From Myxococcota bacterium (GTDB lineage: Bacteria > Myxococcota_A > Polyangia > Nannocystales > Nannocystaceae), in the NCBI GenBank assembly GCA_039028615.1, contig JBCCHT010000004.1, positions 64,001 to 128,000 of the forward strand: a DNA stretch of 64,000 bases, read 5' to 3'. How positions within the stretch are numbered: position 1 is the stretch's first letter; the number at the start of each line of letters is the position of its first letter. Below are positions 1-11,515 of this stretch, piece after piece. A program made the position numbers and the translations under genes. Below the pieces are notes generated by a model, which worked only from the letters and a program-made list of their open reading frames with translations, had not been told where the DNA came from and did no database searches.

Positions 1-2
1 GC

Positions 3-500
3 CCCGGTGGGCTCGTGCTCCACGCGACCGTGGGCGACCTCGCCAATGCCAACGCCGACGCGATCGTCAACGCGTCGAACACCCGCCTCGTCCTCGGCGG
101 CGGCGTCTCGGGTGCGCTCGCCGAGCGATTCGGCGATGAGCTGCAGAGCGGGATGCGAGCCCACGGGACCATCGCGGACGGACAAACCGTCGTGACCTCC
201 TGCCCGACCGGCAGCGGATGCAAGTACGTGCTGCATTGCGCGAGCGCGGAGGGGAGCGAGGCGACCATTCGGGCCTGCATCGACAGCGTGCTCGAGCGCG
301 CCGTCCAACTCGAGTGTTCCACCGTCATCACGCCCGCGCTCGGCACGGGCACCGGTATGCTGCCCGTGTCGACCTTCGCCCGACTCGTGTGGAAGGCCAC
401 CCGCTCGATCGAAGCCAGCCTTCGGTTGGAGACCTGGTGCTGGACCCAGAGCGACTTCAAAGAGCTACAGGCAACCTGGACGCAGCTCGACAATCCGTGA
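3..500 (+). CDS. Macro domain (ADP-ribose binding/processing) protein, probably 5'-truncated by the window edge
   Basis: GDL..ANADAIVNASN..LVLGGGVSGAL and PALGTG motifs are typical of macrodomains; the frame is open back to base 3. Confidence 0.85.
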   Translation, partial: PGGLVLHATVGDLANANADAIVNASNTRLVLGGGVSGALAERFGDELQSGMRAHGTIADGQTVVTSCPTGSGCKYVLHCASAEGSEATIRACIDSVLERAVQLECSTVITPALGTGTGMLPVSTFARLVWKATRSIEASLRLETWCWTQSDFKELQATWTQLDNP

Positions 501-618
501 ATGCCGCAGTCACGCCACGACTTCTTGGTGCGCGCACTCGCAAGGTCATCCCCGACAAAGTGGGCGTGGGCCTCACGATGGCGTCGACAACCACGGGTGG
601 CACACGCGATGATGGGGC

Positions 619-2724
619 ATGCCCATAGTCGTCGAACCCCGGTGGAAACATCGCTCCTGCCTGTTTGGCGCCATGCTCCTGGCCGGCTGCGTGATCACGG
701 ACGGGCCCGGCAACGACACGGACGAGAGTGCGACGGGCGGTTCGGTGGGCGACGCCTCGGACACGGGCGGCACGGCGGCGGACGAGACGGGAGCCGATGG
801 AACGGGCGGCGGCGGCGAGGTGGACCTGGGCGAGTGCGATCCGATGGGCGGCGTGATCACGGAGATGATGACGCCACTGCCCGCGTACTACGAGACCTAT
901 TGTTTTCCCCAGGCCGACGACAGCGTAGCGTGCAGCGGAGCGATGGATGGCGACGCGACCATCGAGCACGTCGTGTTCGCGCAGACCCACGCGCTCGAGC
1001 CCGACTGGCCGTTCTTCTTCCTGATCTCCGACCGGCCGGCGCTGGTGCAGGTGCTGGCGACCGGCTCTGGCCCCTCCCCCCAGGTGCTCATCGCGGGCTG
1101 GATCGACGAGCAGTTCCTCGGCACGCGCTGCATGGCGGGGCCGGCCGCGCTTCCGAGCAGCGTCGACCCCGAGACACCGACCGCGAACGATCGCTTCTCG
1201 ATCACGCTGCCGCAGACCTGGCTGCAGCCGGGCTTGCGCCTGGAGGTCCGCGTCGGCTCGGCCACCCGGAGCTTCAGCGCCGATCAGCTGGGGATTCGAC
1301 ACTCGAGCGACTTCAACACGGCCATGGTCAACATGGACGTGCTCAACTACAACGACGGGATGCCGGACAAAGAGATGCCGGCGACGTTCATCCCCGAGTG
1401 GGCCGGGTCGTTGCCCGGCGCCAAGGTGCGCTTCGGGGTATTCCCCGATCGCATGGTGTTCCCGACCTTCGTCGTCGGCGGCCCCGAGGAGATCATCGTG
1501 CTCGACGACCGCCTGTGCCGCGGCGACGAAGACCCGGCCGTCGATGCGTGTGTGCTGCGCGACGACATCGACGATGGCTTCGTCAACGCAGCCGCCCTGC
1601 GCTACATCGACGCGCTCATCCGAGCGACCGGCGAGTTCCCCTACGCCTTCTACTTCGGCCACACCCAGCACCTGTTCCCGGGCGGGTGGGGAGGCGGAAA
1701 GAGCTGGGTCTCGGGCGACTATCACGACGTGACGCTCCACGAAGGCGGTCACGCGGCTTCGCTGCCCCACTGGGGCAACAACTACGGCATCGTCCCCGAC
1801 GAGTGGCAGTACCTGTATCCCTACGGTGGCGAGGGCGACTACGGCGGTGGCCATGGCGAGCGGTGGAACTACCACCAGAACATCCAGCAGTTCACCTCGC
1901 CTCGCTGTGAAATCCCCGACCACCAGTACTTCGGCACCGAGCGTTCCGACGCCATGCAGCGCGATCGGTTTTGCCTCGAGTGGAGCAACGGAGCCCAGAC
2001 GCTGTGGGATGGGTTCTCGGATTTCTCGGCCCTGGCGATGTACCGCTACCTCAACGGCGCCCACCAGATCGACGCGGGCGATGTGCCGTACCGAGACGGC
2101 ACCACCGCCTACCAGCTCACTGCACAAGGCGGCTTCCCGAGCCTCGAGCTCGACGCGTCGGACAACCCGGTGCTGCTCCGCTACGACGGCTTCGAGCCCC
2201 AGGGCTATGAGCAACGCCCCTTCTCGTACCCGCAGCAGTGGGACGTGCCCGTCCACACCGTCTACGGCAGCTTCGCCCCGGCCATGCCCGAGGCCAACAT
2301 CGTCTATGCGCCGATGAGCTACACGGGCACGCTGCCGCAGGTCGTCGACCCCACCGACTCGGAGACCTTCGATCAGCTGCAAGACGACGGCGACGGCCTC
2401 TACGACGGAGACTTCTACTGGCCGCACGACATCACGTTCCGCGTCGTCTACACCGATGGCAACGACCAGATCGCGGTCCATCCCCACTCCGACACCTACC
2501 GAGAGATGGAGCCGGGCTCGGGTCCGTGGCGCCGCGACATCATGTACATGGCGCTGTCGGTCCCCGGTGACCGAGAGGTGTCGCGCATCGAGATGTATCA
2601 CCGCCCCTTCGTGGTCCGCGGTGCGAACGACGAGACCGAGGGCAACATCGCCAACCCGATGTTCGGGATCACGGCGGACAACTTCCTCGACGATGCGACG
2701 CTCGTTGCGAGCATCGACCTATAA
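619..2724 (+). CDS. Zinc metallopeptidase lipoprotein, M66 (StcE/TagA/dictomallein-like) family
   Basis: Lipobox LAGC, D/G/T-rich linker, GGWGGG then HEGGHAASLPH (HExxHxxxxxH) zinc motif, DAMQ Met-turn-like motif. Confidence 0.75.
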   Translation: MPIVVEPRWKHRSCLFGAMLLAGCVITDGPGNDTDESATGGSVGDASDTGGTAADETGADGTGGGGEVDLGECDPMGGVITEMMTPLPAYYETYCFPQADDSVACSGAMDGDATIEHVVFAQTHALEPDWPFFFLISDRPALVQVLATGSGPSPQVLIAGWIDEQFLGTRCMAGPAALPSSVDPETPTANDRFSITLPQTWLQPGLRLEVRVGSATRSFSADQLGIRHSSDFNTAMVNMDVLNYNDGMPDKEMPATFIPEWAGSLPGAKVRFGVFPDRMVFPTFVVGGPEEIIVLDDRLCRGDEDPAVDACVLRDDIDDGFVNAAALRYIDALIRATGEFPYAFYFGHTQHLFPGGWGGGKSWVSGDYHDVTLHEGGHAASLPHWGNNYGIVPDEWQYLYPYGGEGDYGGGHGERWNYHQNIQQFTSPRCEIPDHQYFGTERSDAMQRDRFCLEWSNGAQTLWDGFSDFSALAMYRYLNGAHQIDAGDVPYRDGTTAYQLTAQGGFPSLELDASDNPVLLRYDGFEPQGYEQRPFSYPQQWDVPVHTVYGSFAPAMPEANIVYAPMSYTGTLPQVVDPTDSETFDQLQDDGDGLYDGDFYWPHDITFRVVYTDGNDQIAVHPHSDTYREMEPGSGPWRRDIMYMALSVPGDREVSRIEMYHRPFVVRGANDETEGNIANPMFGITADNFLDDATLVASIDL

Positions 2725-2748
2725 GCAGAATGCGAAGAAGGGCGAGCC

Positions 2749-3915
2749 TCAGCCGCTCGCCCGCAGCTCCTCGGCGATCTCGATGCCCGGCCGCCATGCC
2801 TTGACCATGCCGGCCAGGGTCATCTTGCTGGGGATGCTGCGAATGGCGAGGTTGCGTAGGGCGCAACGAACCGGGCCCTGCCAGTGTGCGACCTGGCCGA
2901 TGCGCCACGACTGCGCGTGAATGGATCGGATTCGGGATCGCCGTCGATGGGCGAGATGCTCGGGCCACGCCTCGGGCGGATGCTCCCCCGCCACGATCCC
3001 CAGCACGGCTGCATCCTCGATGCCCATCGCCGCCCCTTGGCCCATGTTCGGGGTCATGGCGTGGCCGGCATCGCCGATCAGCGTGACCCGACCGCGACCG
3101 AAGTCGATCTGCTCGTGGTCGACCAAGTCGCCGTGGTGAATCTTCGCCTCGGGATGCGCATCGAGCCAATCCAGGAGACCGGGCAGGCGCTCATCGACCT
3201 CCACGAAGTGCTCACGCAGATAGGCCGACGTACGGGTGCTCGCATCCACCGTGCCCTCCGGACGTGAGTGCACGATGTAGATGTAGATGCCCCCCCGCGA
3301 AAGCGGCACCAGTCCGATGCGATGACCCGGGCTCCAGCGTTCGATGGTGGTGGTGGGTGCCAGCTCCGGCGATTCGACCACGAAACGCCAGCAGGACTGC
3401 CCCGCGTAGCGCATCGCGGATGCCTTCTCGCCGAGCAGCTCACGTCGCACCAGCGATCGAAACCCGTCCGCGCCGACGACCGAGGACCAGGTCGAGACCT
3501 CGCCGTCCTCGAACCGCACCTCGATGCCCTCGTCGTTCTCGCTCATGCCGACGACCGTCTTGCCCAGCTCCACCTCGCCCGCCGCCCCGAGCAATGCGCG
3601 ATGCAGGTCGGTGCGGCGGATGTTGATCGACGGGTGGGTGTTGTCTGGCAGCTCGACCACGCCCGCGATGAGCGGCCGCCCCTTGGCGTCGAGCATCGCG
3701 ACTTCTCCGATCGAGCACACGTCGTCCTCGGGCAGCGCGACCCCGAGCGCATCCAGCACGGCATGCGCATTCGGCTGAATGGTGATCCCCGCGCCCGCCT
3801 CCGAGAACGTCGTCGTGCGCTCGACCACCCGACAACGACGCCCCGCTCGGCGCAATGCCACCGCGCAGGTCAAGCCTGCGATTCCGCCACCCACGATCAA
3901 GGTCTCGTCATTCAT
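2749..3915 (-). CDS. FAD-dependent monooxygenase (UbiH/salicylate hydroxylase-like)
   Basis: Starts MNDETLIVGGGIAG (GxGxxG); VGADG and LIGDAGHAMTPNMGQGAAMGIEDA motifs; ATG at 3915 overlaps the tetR 3' end. Confidence 0.9.
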   Translation of the reverse strand: MNDETLIVGGGIAGLTCAVALRRAGRRCRVVERTTTFSEAGAGITIQPNAHAVLDALGVALPEDDVCSIGEVAMLDAKGRPLIAGVVELPDNTHPSINIRRTDLHRALLGAAGEVELGKTVVGMSENDEGIEVRFEDGEVSTWSSVVGADGFRSLVRRELLGEKASAMRYAGQSCWRFVVESPELAPTTTIERWSPGHRIGLVPLSRGGIYIYIVHSRPEGTVDASTRTSAYLREHFVEVDERLPGLLDWLDAHPEAKIHHGDLVDHEQIDFGRGRVTLIGDAGHAMTPNMGQGAAMGIEDAAVLGIVAGEHPPEAWPEHLAHRRRSRIRSIHAQSWRIGQVAHWQGPVRCALRNLAIRSIPSKMTLAGMVKAWRPGIEIAEELRASG

Positions 3916-4546
3916 GCGGTGCCTCCCAACCCAATCCGCGCAGCTGCAACCACAGCATCGGTCGCAGCGCTTCGGTCCATGCTCTCGCCGCGGCCTCCGG
4001 TGACACGAACTCGCCGAAGTGCCCTCCGAGGCCACCGATGAGCACCGCGATGTACAGCGCAAAGAAGCCGCGCGCCGCCACCATGCCCTCGCCCGGAAGC
4101 TCTCGTATCTCGCCCCGCTCGAGCGCCTGGACGAACCGCCTCGCCACCCGCGTCAGGAATGGATCGAGCTGCTCGTCGGGCGGGTCCTGTTCGCGCAAGA
4201 ACAACGACTCGCGGAACATCACCCGGGACAGCGCGGGGTGCCGCGCGTACGCGGCGTACAACACCCGCAAGCAGTGCTCGAGCTCGTCCGCGAGCGACCA
4301 CTCTTCGTCGATGGACTCCCAGATTCGATGTTGCGCCGCCTCGATCTCGCCGTAGAAACACGCGAAGAGCAGCGCCCGCTTGTCGGCGAAATGAACGATG
4401 ACCGAGGCCGCCGAGACCCCGGCCTCCGCAGCCACGCCACGGATGGTGGTGGCCTCGTAGCCGTCGCGCACGAAGCAAGCCTGGGCCGCGGACAGGATGG
4501 CCGCCCGCGTGTGGGCCCGGCGCTCGGCCTGAGTCGGCGGACTCAT
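3908..4546 (-). CDS. TetR/AcrR family transcriptional regulator
   Basis: TRAAILSAAQACFVRDGYEATTIRGVAAEAGVSAASVIVHFADKRALL, TetR HTH. Confidence 0.92.
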   Translation of the reverse strand: MSPPTQAERRAHTRAAILSAAQACFVRDGYEATTIRGVAAEAGVSAASVIVHFADKRALLFACFYGEIEAAQHRIWESIDEEWSLADELEHCLRVLYAAYARHPALSRVMFRESLFLREQDPPDEQLDPFLTRVARRFVQALERGEIRELPGEGMVAARGFFALYIAVLIGGLGGHFGEFVSPEAAARAWTEALRPMLWLQLRGLGWEAPHE

Positions 4547-4659
4547 CCCCCACCTTCATGCCCGGCGACGGCCGTGGGCCCCGTGCGACGAGCGAGACCC
4601 AGTTGTCCGCCATTGGACCGTACGGGCCCGTTCACGGCATTTTTCTCAAAGTGCCTCAC
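4543..4659 (-). CDS. Possible 38-aa upstream ORF coupled to tetR
   Basis: AAGGA RBS 5 nt before a GTG at 4659; reads MRHFEKNAVNGPVRSNGGQLGLARRTGPTAVAGHEGGG; its TGA overlaps the tetR ATG (ATGA). Below the ORF-track size cutoff. Confidence 0.35.
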   Translation of the reverse strand: MRHFEKNAVNGPVRSNGGQLGLARRTGPTAVAGHEGGG

Positions 4660-4674
4660 GGAGTTCCTTATTAC

Positions 4675-4699
4675 TGTACATGTTTAATAAACATGTACA
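4675..4699. promoter_or_regulatory. Perfect AT-rich palindrome, probable TetR operator
   Basis: TGTACATGTTTA-A-TAAACATGTACA, 12-bp arms, in an AT-rich patch upstream of the tetR-monooxygenase operon. Confidence 0.75.
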
Positions 4700-4748
4700 A
4701 GAACTTTTCACACCGCCTCTCCCAGCGACGCCGACCAGGCGCCGCCGC

Positions 4749-7480
4749 TCAGTGACGGAACAAGCTTCGCAACGCTTCGTGAACGGACCGATCGAGTTCC
4801 ACCGAACTCATCGCCGACGCGATCAACGCCGTGACCAGGCTCGACGGGCGTGAATCGCCGCGAGCGACATCCTTGGCCTCGAATGCGGCATCGATGGCCG
4901 CGTCGACTCGGAGGATGTCCAGCACATGCGGCAGCCCTCGCGAGAAGAGCTCGTCATCGAGTTCCTTGAGCAGCTCCGCGTCGGGAAGTTCGTTGTCCTC
5001 GGGGTTCTGCACTCGTGGCCCCGAGCCTTCGGCCGCCCCCCCGAACGACTTCGCGTAGTCGTCGACGATGGCCTGCGTTGCATGGCGACCGGACTCGCAC
5101 GCGGCCTCCATCGTATTGAGGCGCGTCCATGTCTTCATGTACGTGCCACAAAACACCACCCCACCGGGCTCCACGGAGTACGCTCCCGGGGTCCCGGGCC
5201 AGTGCGGGTAGTGCCCGGCCAGGTTGACGAGGTACGGAGAACGGTTGCGAGACGGCGTCTTCGTCTCCGGATCGAACTCGATCTCTTCGTCGAGGTGCCA
5301 CGCCAAGGGGCGCGGTGGTTTCTGGCCGCCCTTCTGAGCCGGATAGCCGCGTTCGATCTGATGCCAGACCTGCGCCGCGATTTCCTCCGCCGTGCAGTCC
5401 CACGCCTTCTTGCCCGCCGCGGGCCCGTCCTTGGCGGGAGTGCGCCAGTCACCGATCACCACCGACAGCACGCCGCGAATCCGCTCGTCACCGCGAAAGC
5501 GTCGCTTCCAGAACTGCCGCTGGGAGATGAGCGACAGGCCCCACTCGGACTCCGCGATGTAGGTGTGCGCCCGCAGGATGCTGTAGTCCTGCTCGAGGTA
5601 GTACTGGATCCCGCTGAAGTGCCGCAGCGGGGACTTCGGCTCGTCGGGAGGGAGCGTAGGGTCGGCGCCGGCGGGGCTCATCAAGTTCGCGACGGCGGCG
5701 AGGGTCTCGCTGGGGGTGAAGGACTCGCTCGACTCGAGCAGGTTGGCTGCCAGGTCACGAGCGACCTTCGGCGGCACCGCTAGCACGACATAGGCGTCAT
5801 CGACCTCGAGATCTTGACGCCGCGTTGGACCGAATCGCTCCCAACCCGAGGCGGCCATCCGGCCCGATTCTCCATCCCACCGTAGAGCCGTGCAGGCCCC
5901 TTTTTTGAAACGAACGCCCAGCAACTCCAGGTACTCGCGCCAGGGCTCGAGAAACCCCACCGTCGTGGGAGCGTTGAGTGTTCGGTCCACCCCATCGTCC
6001 GCGACTCGCAGCTGATCGAGGAGCATCTGAGCCGTGATGGTCCCAAAGGTGCGGGCGTCGATTTCGTGAGCATCCAGCCCGATCAACGCGCGCGGCCAGT
6101 AGGTCATCGCCCGGCGAAACGCGTCGGAGTAGCGCCCCTGCTCTTCCGCTCTCTCATCGGTGTATCCGGTCGCTCGTGCTGGACTCTGTTGCACCTGCTG
6201 CACCGGCGAATGCCCATCCGAGGTCGAGGGGGGTCGCAAACCGATGTATTCGGCCCAGGTTTGATGTTCGAGGGTCGCTCTGCGTTTGGGCCCCGTGAGT
6301 AGGTAGCGGAGCATGGACGTCTGCATGAGCGCGATGTCTCGGCTCGAAAACCCCATCGATGCCTGAAGAGCATCGAGCACTCCGATGAGTTCATGCAGCG
6401 ACGTGGCCTTGAGTCGTCGAACCGCGATCGGCTCCTGGCCGTCACGAGCCGCGATTCCCGTCACGTGGACCGGCATGAGGTTGTCCGCGACCGTTCGATT
6501 CGTTTCCTCGATGATCTCGGCGGGTGCGAGCGGCCCTCGTACGTGGCGAGCGAACGGAACCTCGGCGTCCACCAGAGGTCGACGAGTCAGGATCGGAATC
6601 CGGCGCATCGTGTCGATCAGGTGGGAGTAAAATCGTGGGTAGAAGCGATACCCGTGCTCACCTGGCACGAGGATCTCGTCCAGGCTCACGTGAATCGTGG
6701 AGTGGTCCGGGTGCGCTTTGAGGGGGCTGATGTTTCGCTCAACGAGCTCTAGAGCCCGCGGCACCAAAGCAAGGACCGGCACTCCGTCCCACATGATGAC
6801 AGGAGCGTGCACGCCGAGGACTTGCACGCGTCCCGGTTCTGCCAGTTCAAGAACCCTTCGTGCGACGATCAGGTTCGCGAACATGCCGTCGGACTCGGCC
6901 GTACTGGCAGCGTCGTGTCCCTCTTCCGAAAACTCTACCGATGGGTCCTCGGCCTCCGCGAAGTGCTCAATAACCCATCGGGGAGGAATGACGGTGACAT
7001 CGACCAGTTCGATGAATGGGGGCCGAATCCGCTCTCGCACCGCGTCCAGGTGGTCGAGAACGGCCTGCGCCAGAGGATCGAAGGCCCGGCTGACTTCCTC
7101 GGGAAGGCCGCCCTCCGACTCCTCGCGCTCCAGCTCCCAATCCGGCTCCCGCTCGATGGATTCGTGGAACCACTCGACGCGTGTGGCTGGCAAGAAGTCG
7201 AGCGAAGAGGACGGCTCGGACAATAGATCATCGAGTCCCGCGTGGTTGCGGAATCCTTGTTCGAACCGTCGGTTGGGGCTGATGATCTCGACTCCCGTGG
7301 CCGTGCGACGAAGCTGCCCCGCCGGCACGCGGCGCCACTGCGTACGCGCCATCCCGCCGATCTCCCCGGGCTCATAGACCGTCACCTCGAACCCGCGCTC
7401 CGCGAGTTCATGAGCCGCCGTCAGCCCTGCGATTCCCGCTCCAAAAATCGTGACCTTGTTTGCGTCGCGCCACTCGTCGG

Positions 7481-7484
<4 letters not shown>
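4749..7484 (-). CDS. Large FAD/NAD(P)-dependent oxidoreductase (amine oxidase/carotenoid desaturase superfamily), paralog 1
   Basis: KVTIFGAGIAGLTAAHELAERGFEVTVYE, GGMARTQW, PGEHGYRFYP, FSGIQYYL, NTMEAACESGR; ATG at 7484 coupled (ATGA) to the upstream activator stop. Confidence 0.85.
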
Positions 7485-9022
<1,538 letters not shown>

Positions 9023-9076
9023 CGCTTCGCGGATGATATCCCAAGCGCTCTCGAGTCGCGCTACGGCAACCGCTGA

Positions 9077-10123
9077 CTACCGCACCCGCTCGACCACGTA
9101 GTCCACCAACTTCTCGAGCAGCTCGGTGTGCACGGAAGGGCGCAGGTCGGCCGACAGCCCTCGGAACAGCTCGGCTGCCGCCGCCGCATGCTCGTGAGCA
9201 ACACTCCCGGCATATTCCGCGCTGCGCGCACGAACGATGAGCTCGCGGAGAAACTCGACGTCCTCGGTGTTCTTCAATCCCTTGCCCTGCCGAGGCCGCT
9301 CGAGGATCTCCAATGCCCGGCGTCGCTGCTCGGCGGAGCACGACCGTAACGCATGCAGGAGCAACAGCGTTCGCTTGCCCTCCCATAGGTCGCCGCAGAT
9401 CTCTTTGCCGTAGACGGCTTCGTCGCCCGTCACGTTGAGAACGTCGTCCTGGATCTGAAACGCCACCCCCAGGTGGTGCCCGAGCGTCTCGATCCGCGAG
9501 ATGCCGACATCGTGCCCGCCTGCAACGATCGCTCCGGTCGCCATCGGCGTGACGAACGTGTACCGAGCCGTCTTCTTGGCGACCATGTCCACGTAGTCGT
9601 CATCGGTCATGTCCCACGACCCCTGACGGATCCACTCCAGCTCGATCGCCTGCCCCTCGCTCGAGATGCGAGCCATGTCCGAGACCTGCTGCATGACATG
9701 AAGGGAAGGCCCCATACCGATGAGCTTCATGTTGTCCAGCAGGGGCTGGAGCGTGAGGGCGAGCATGGCGTCCCCCACATTGATCGCGATCGGCTCCCCA
9801 TAGAGTCGGTGCAGGGTCGACTTCCCGCGCCGTTGCTCCGAGCCGTCTTCGACGTCGTCGTGAATGAGAAACGCGTTGTGATAGAGTTCCAGTACGGCGG
9901 CGGTGGGAAGCACCGCCTCGAGGCTGCCGCCCAAGGCACGGCACGTGGCCACGCACAGCGCCGGGCGTAGCCCCTTCCCCTCGCGCAGGGGATAGTCGAG
10001 CATCCGGTCGTAGAGCACCTGCGAGTGCAGGGTGTCGCGGGGGATCATCCGCCGCATCTCCTGCTCGACCAACGCCCGACATTCCTCGAGGTACTGCTCG
10101 AGTTCGGCCGTCGTCGAGCTCAT
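9077..10123 (-). CDS. Polyprenyl diphosphate synthase (GGPP synthase-like)
   Basis: GKGLRP, LIHDDVEDGSEQRRG (first Asp-rich motif), GQAIEL, KKTA, FQIQDDVLN (second motif), DLWEGKRT. Confidence 0.93.
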   Translation of the reverse strand: MSSTTAELEQYLEECRALVEQEMRRMIPRDTLHSQVLYDRMLDYPLREGKGLRPALCVATCRALGGSLEAVLPTAAVLELYHNAFLIHDDVEDGSEQRRGKSTLHRLYGEPIAINVGDAMLALTLQPLLDNMKLIGMGPSLHVMQQVSDMARISSEGQAIELEWIRQGSWDMTDDDYVDMVAKKTARYTFVTPMATGAIVAGGHDVGISRIETLGHHLGVAFQIQDDVLNVTGDEAVYGKEICGDLWEGKRTLLLLHALRSCSAEQRRRALEILERPRQGKGLKNTEDVEFLRELIVRARSAEYAGSVAHEHAAAAAELFRGLSADLRPSVHTELLEKLVDYVVERVR

Positions 10124-10231
10124 CGCCTTGCCGTGTTACCACCGACGGCTCTCGGCCAGCAACGGAGGAACCGCGAGCGGTGCCGCGTCAGTGGGCGGAT
10201 CCGTGATATTCAACATGGCAGAGAGTCTCCG

Positions 10232-10843
10232 ATGAGCAGTGGCAGCGACGAAGTCGGCGGGCGGCGAAAAGCTCGGCAACAACTGGTGTCGTCGTTGGCC
10301 GATGGCTTGGCGGCTCGCCATTCACTCAACGAGCTCCGTCAGCGTGCGAGCGACACCTTCGCCCCGCCCGACAAGCCCAAGGCGGATGCCTACGGCGAAT
10401 CCAACCCGCTCTACGACCTCGTGCGGCTCGGGTTCCAGACGACTCGCGAGCTGCTCGAGATCCAGGTCCGCGCCAACCGGCAGCTCACCAAGCTCGTGCA
10501 AGGCTGGACCTCGAACAAGACGTTCGAACACGACGGTGCGTTCGTTCGGATCGGTGCCGACAATCGTGGGACCTTCGAGCTCAGCAACGACACCAATGTG
10601 GCCGTGACCGTCATCCTCCCGGAGCAGCTCCGCCTGCGCCGCTCGGGAGACGCCGAACCGGTGGTGGTGCTCGTTCAGGGAGCGGGGGGCAAGCTCGCTC
10701 CGTGTGCGCAGGGTTCGTTCCCGTTCACCCTCGAACATACGCTCGAGCCCGGGACATGGATCGGCGAGCTGGAAGTCGCGACCGATGCCGGGGACTGCGT
10801 CGCGATTCCCGTGCTCGTGACCGCGGGGACCCCATCGAAGTGA
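10232..10843 (+). CDS. Hypothetical protein (helical N-terminus, beta-rich C-terminal domain)
   Basis: First gene of a tightly coupled + strand operon; stop overlaps the next start (GTGA); GC3-biased frame. Confidence 0.65.
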   Translation: MSSGSDEVGGRRKARQQLVSSLADGLAARHSLNELRQRASDTFAPPDKPKADAYGESNPLYDLVRLGFQTTRELLEIQVRANRQLTKLVQGWTSNKTFEHDGAFVRIGADNRGTFELSNDTNVAVTVILPEQLRLRRSGDAEPVVVLVQGAGGKLAPCAQGSFPFTLEHTLEPGTWIGELEVATDAGDCVAIPVLVTAGTPSK

Positions 10844-11220
10844 CCGCCGAGTCGTCCGAAGCGCCCCCCGTCTTTCACCTCCGTGGGGACGACGAGTTGG
10901 CGTCGCTCCTGCGGCGCTTCCAGATGCTGTTGCTCGAGCATCCGGTCGCGGCTCAGCGTCTGTTCGGGGCGTTCGTCGCCGAGGGACGTCGCTTCGCCGA
11001 GACCGAAGAAGGCCGAGCGTGGCAAAATCGTCTACAGAGTTCGGAACTCGTCCATCGAGCCCGGGTGGCGTGGGACGTGGTGACCCTGCGAATGCTGGAG
11101 CCCGACCCCGATGCCGTGTTGCCGTCGGCGCTGCTCGATGCGTTCGTCCGCACCGCCGCCGTCGATGGCCTCGAGCCCATGCTGTCCAAGTTGTTCGAGG
11201 AGGGCCTGTTCGGTGAGTGA
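10840..11220 (+). CDS. Hypothetical helical protein
   Basis: GTG at 10840 overlaps the upstream stop; LLLEHPVAAQRLFGAFVAEGRRFAETEEG; biased codon use. Confidence 0.7.
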   Translation: MTAESSEAPPVFHLRGDDELASLLRRFQMLLLEHPVAAQRLFGAFVAEGRRFAETEEGRAWQNRLQSSELVHRARVAWDVVTLRMLEPDPDAVLPSALLDAFVRTAAVDGLEPMLSKLFEEGLFGE

Positions 11221-11515
11221 CTCCGAGCCGGTCTTGCAGCGTCGCCACCCGCGGTACTCGGAGCGCAACCTCTTGCTCTGGCTCGCGCTGGGTGGGCTGA
11301 GCCTAGGACGAAAGCTGGATGGGCTCCTCGAGCGCCATGGCCAGCCCTCCGATGAGCGAGAAGACCTGCCCGAAGACGATCCCACGCTGCTCGCCACGCT
11401 CGGGCTGATCGCGTTGCGGCAGCAGCTCGAGACCGAGCTGCGGCGCTCCAGCGAAGCCCCCGGCAAACCCGAGTCAGCATCCTCTTCGCGTCTTCCCCCC
11501 GGCCTCCTGCGATGA
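11213..11515 (+). CDS. Small hypothetical protein with two short hydrophobic segments
   Basis: GTG at 11213 overlaps the previous gene; stop overlaps the next ATG (ATGA). Confidence 0.55.
   Translation: MSDSEPVLQRRHPRYSERNLLLWLALGGLSLGRKLDGLLERHGQPSDEREDLPEDDPTLLATLGLIALRQQLETELRRSSEAPGKPESASSSRLPPGLLR

Noticed and set aside
457..2601. 714-aa minus-strand ORF, and similar long antisense or alternate-frame ORFs (42452..44131, 45060..47549, 49634..51733, 51933..54866, 57504..59222, 61349..63568)
   Set aside because: Shadow ORFs of strongly GC3-biased genes; they have no motifs and fully overlap better-supported CDSs.
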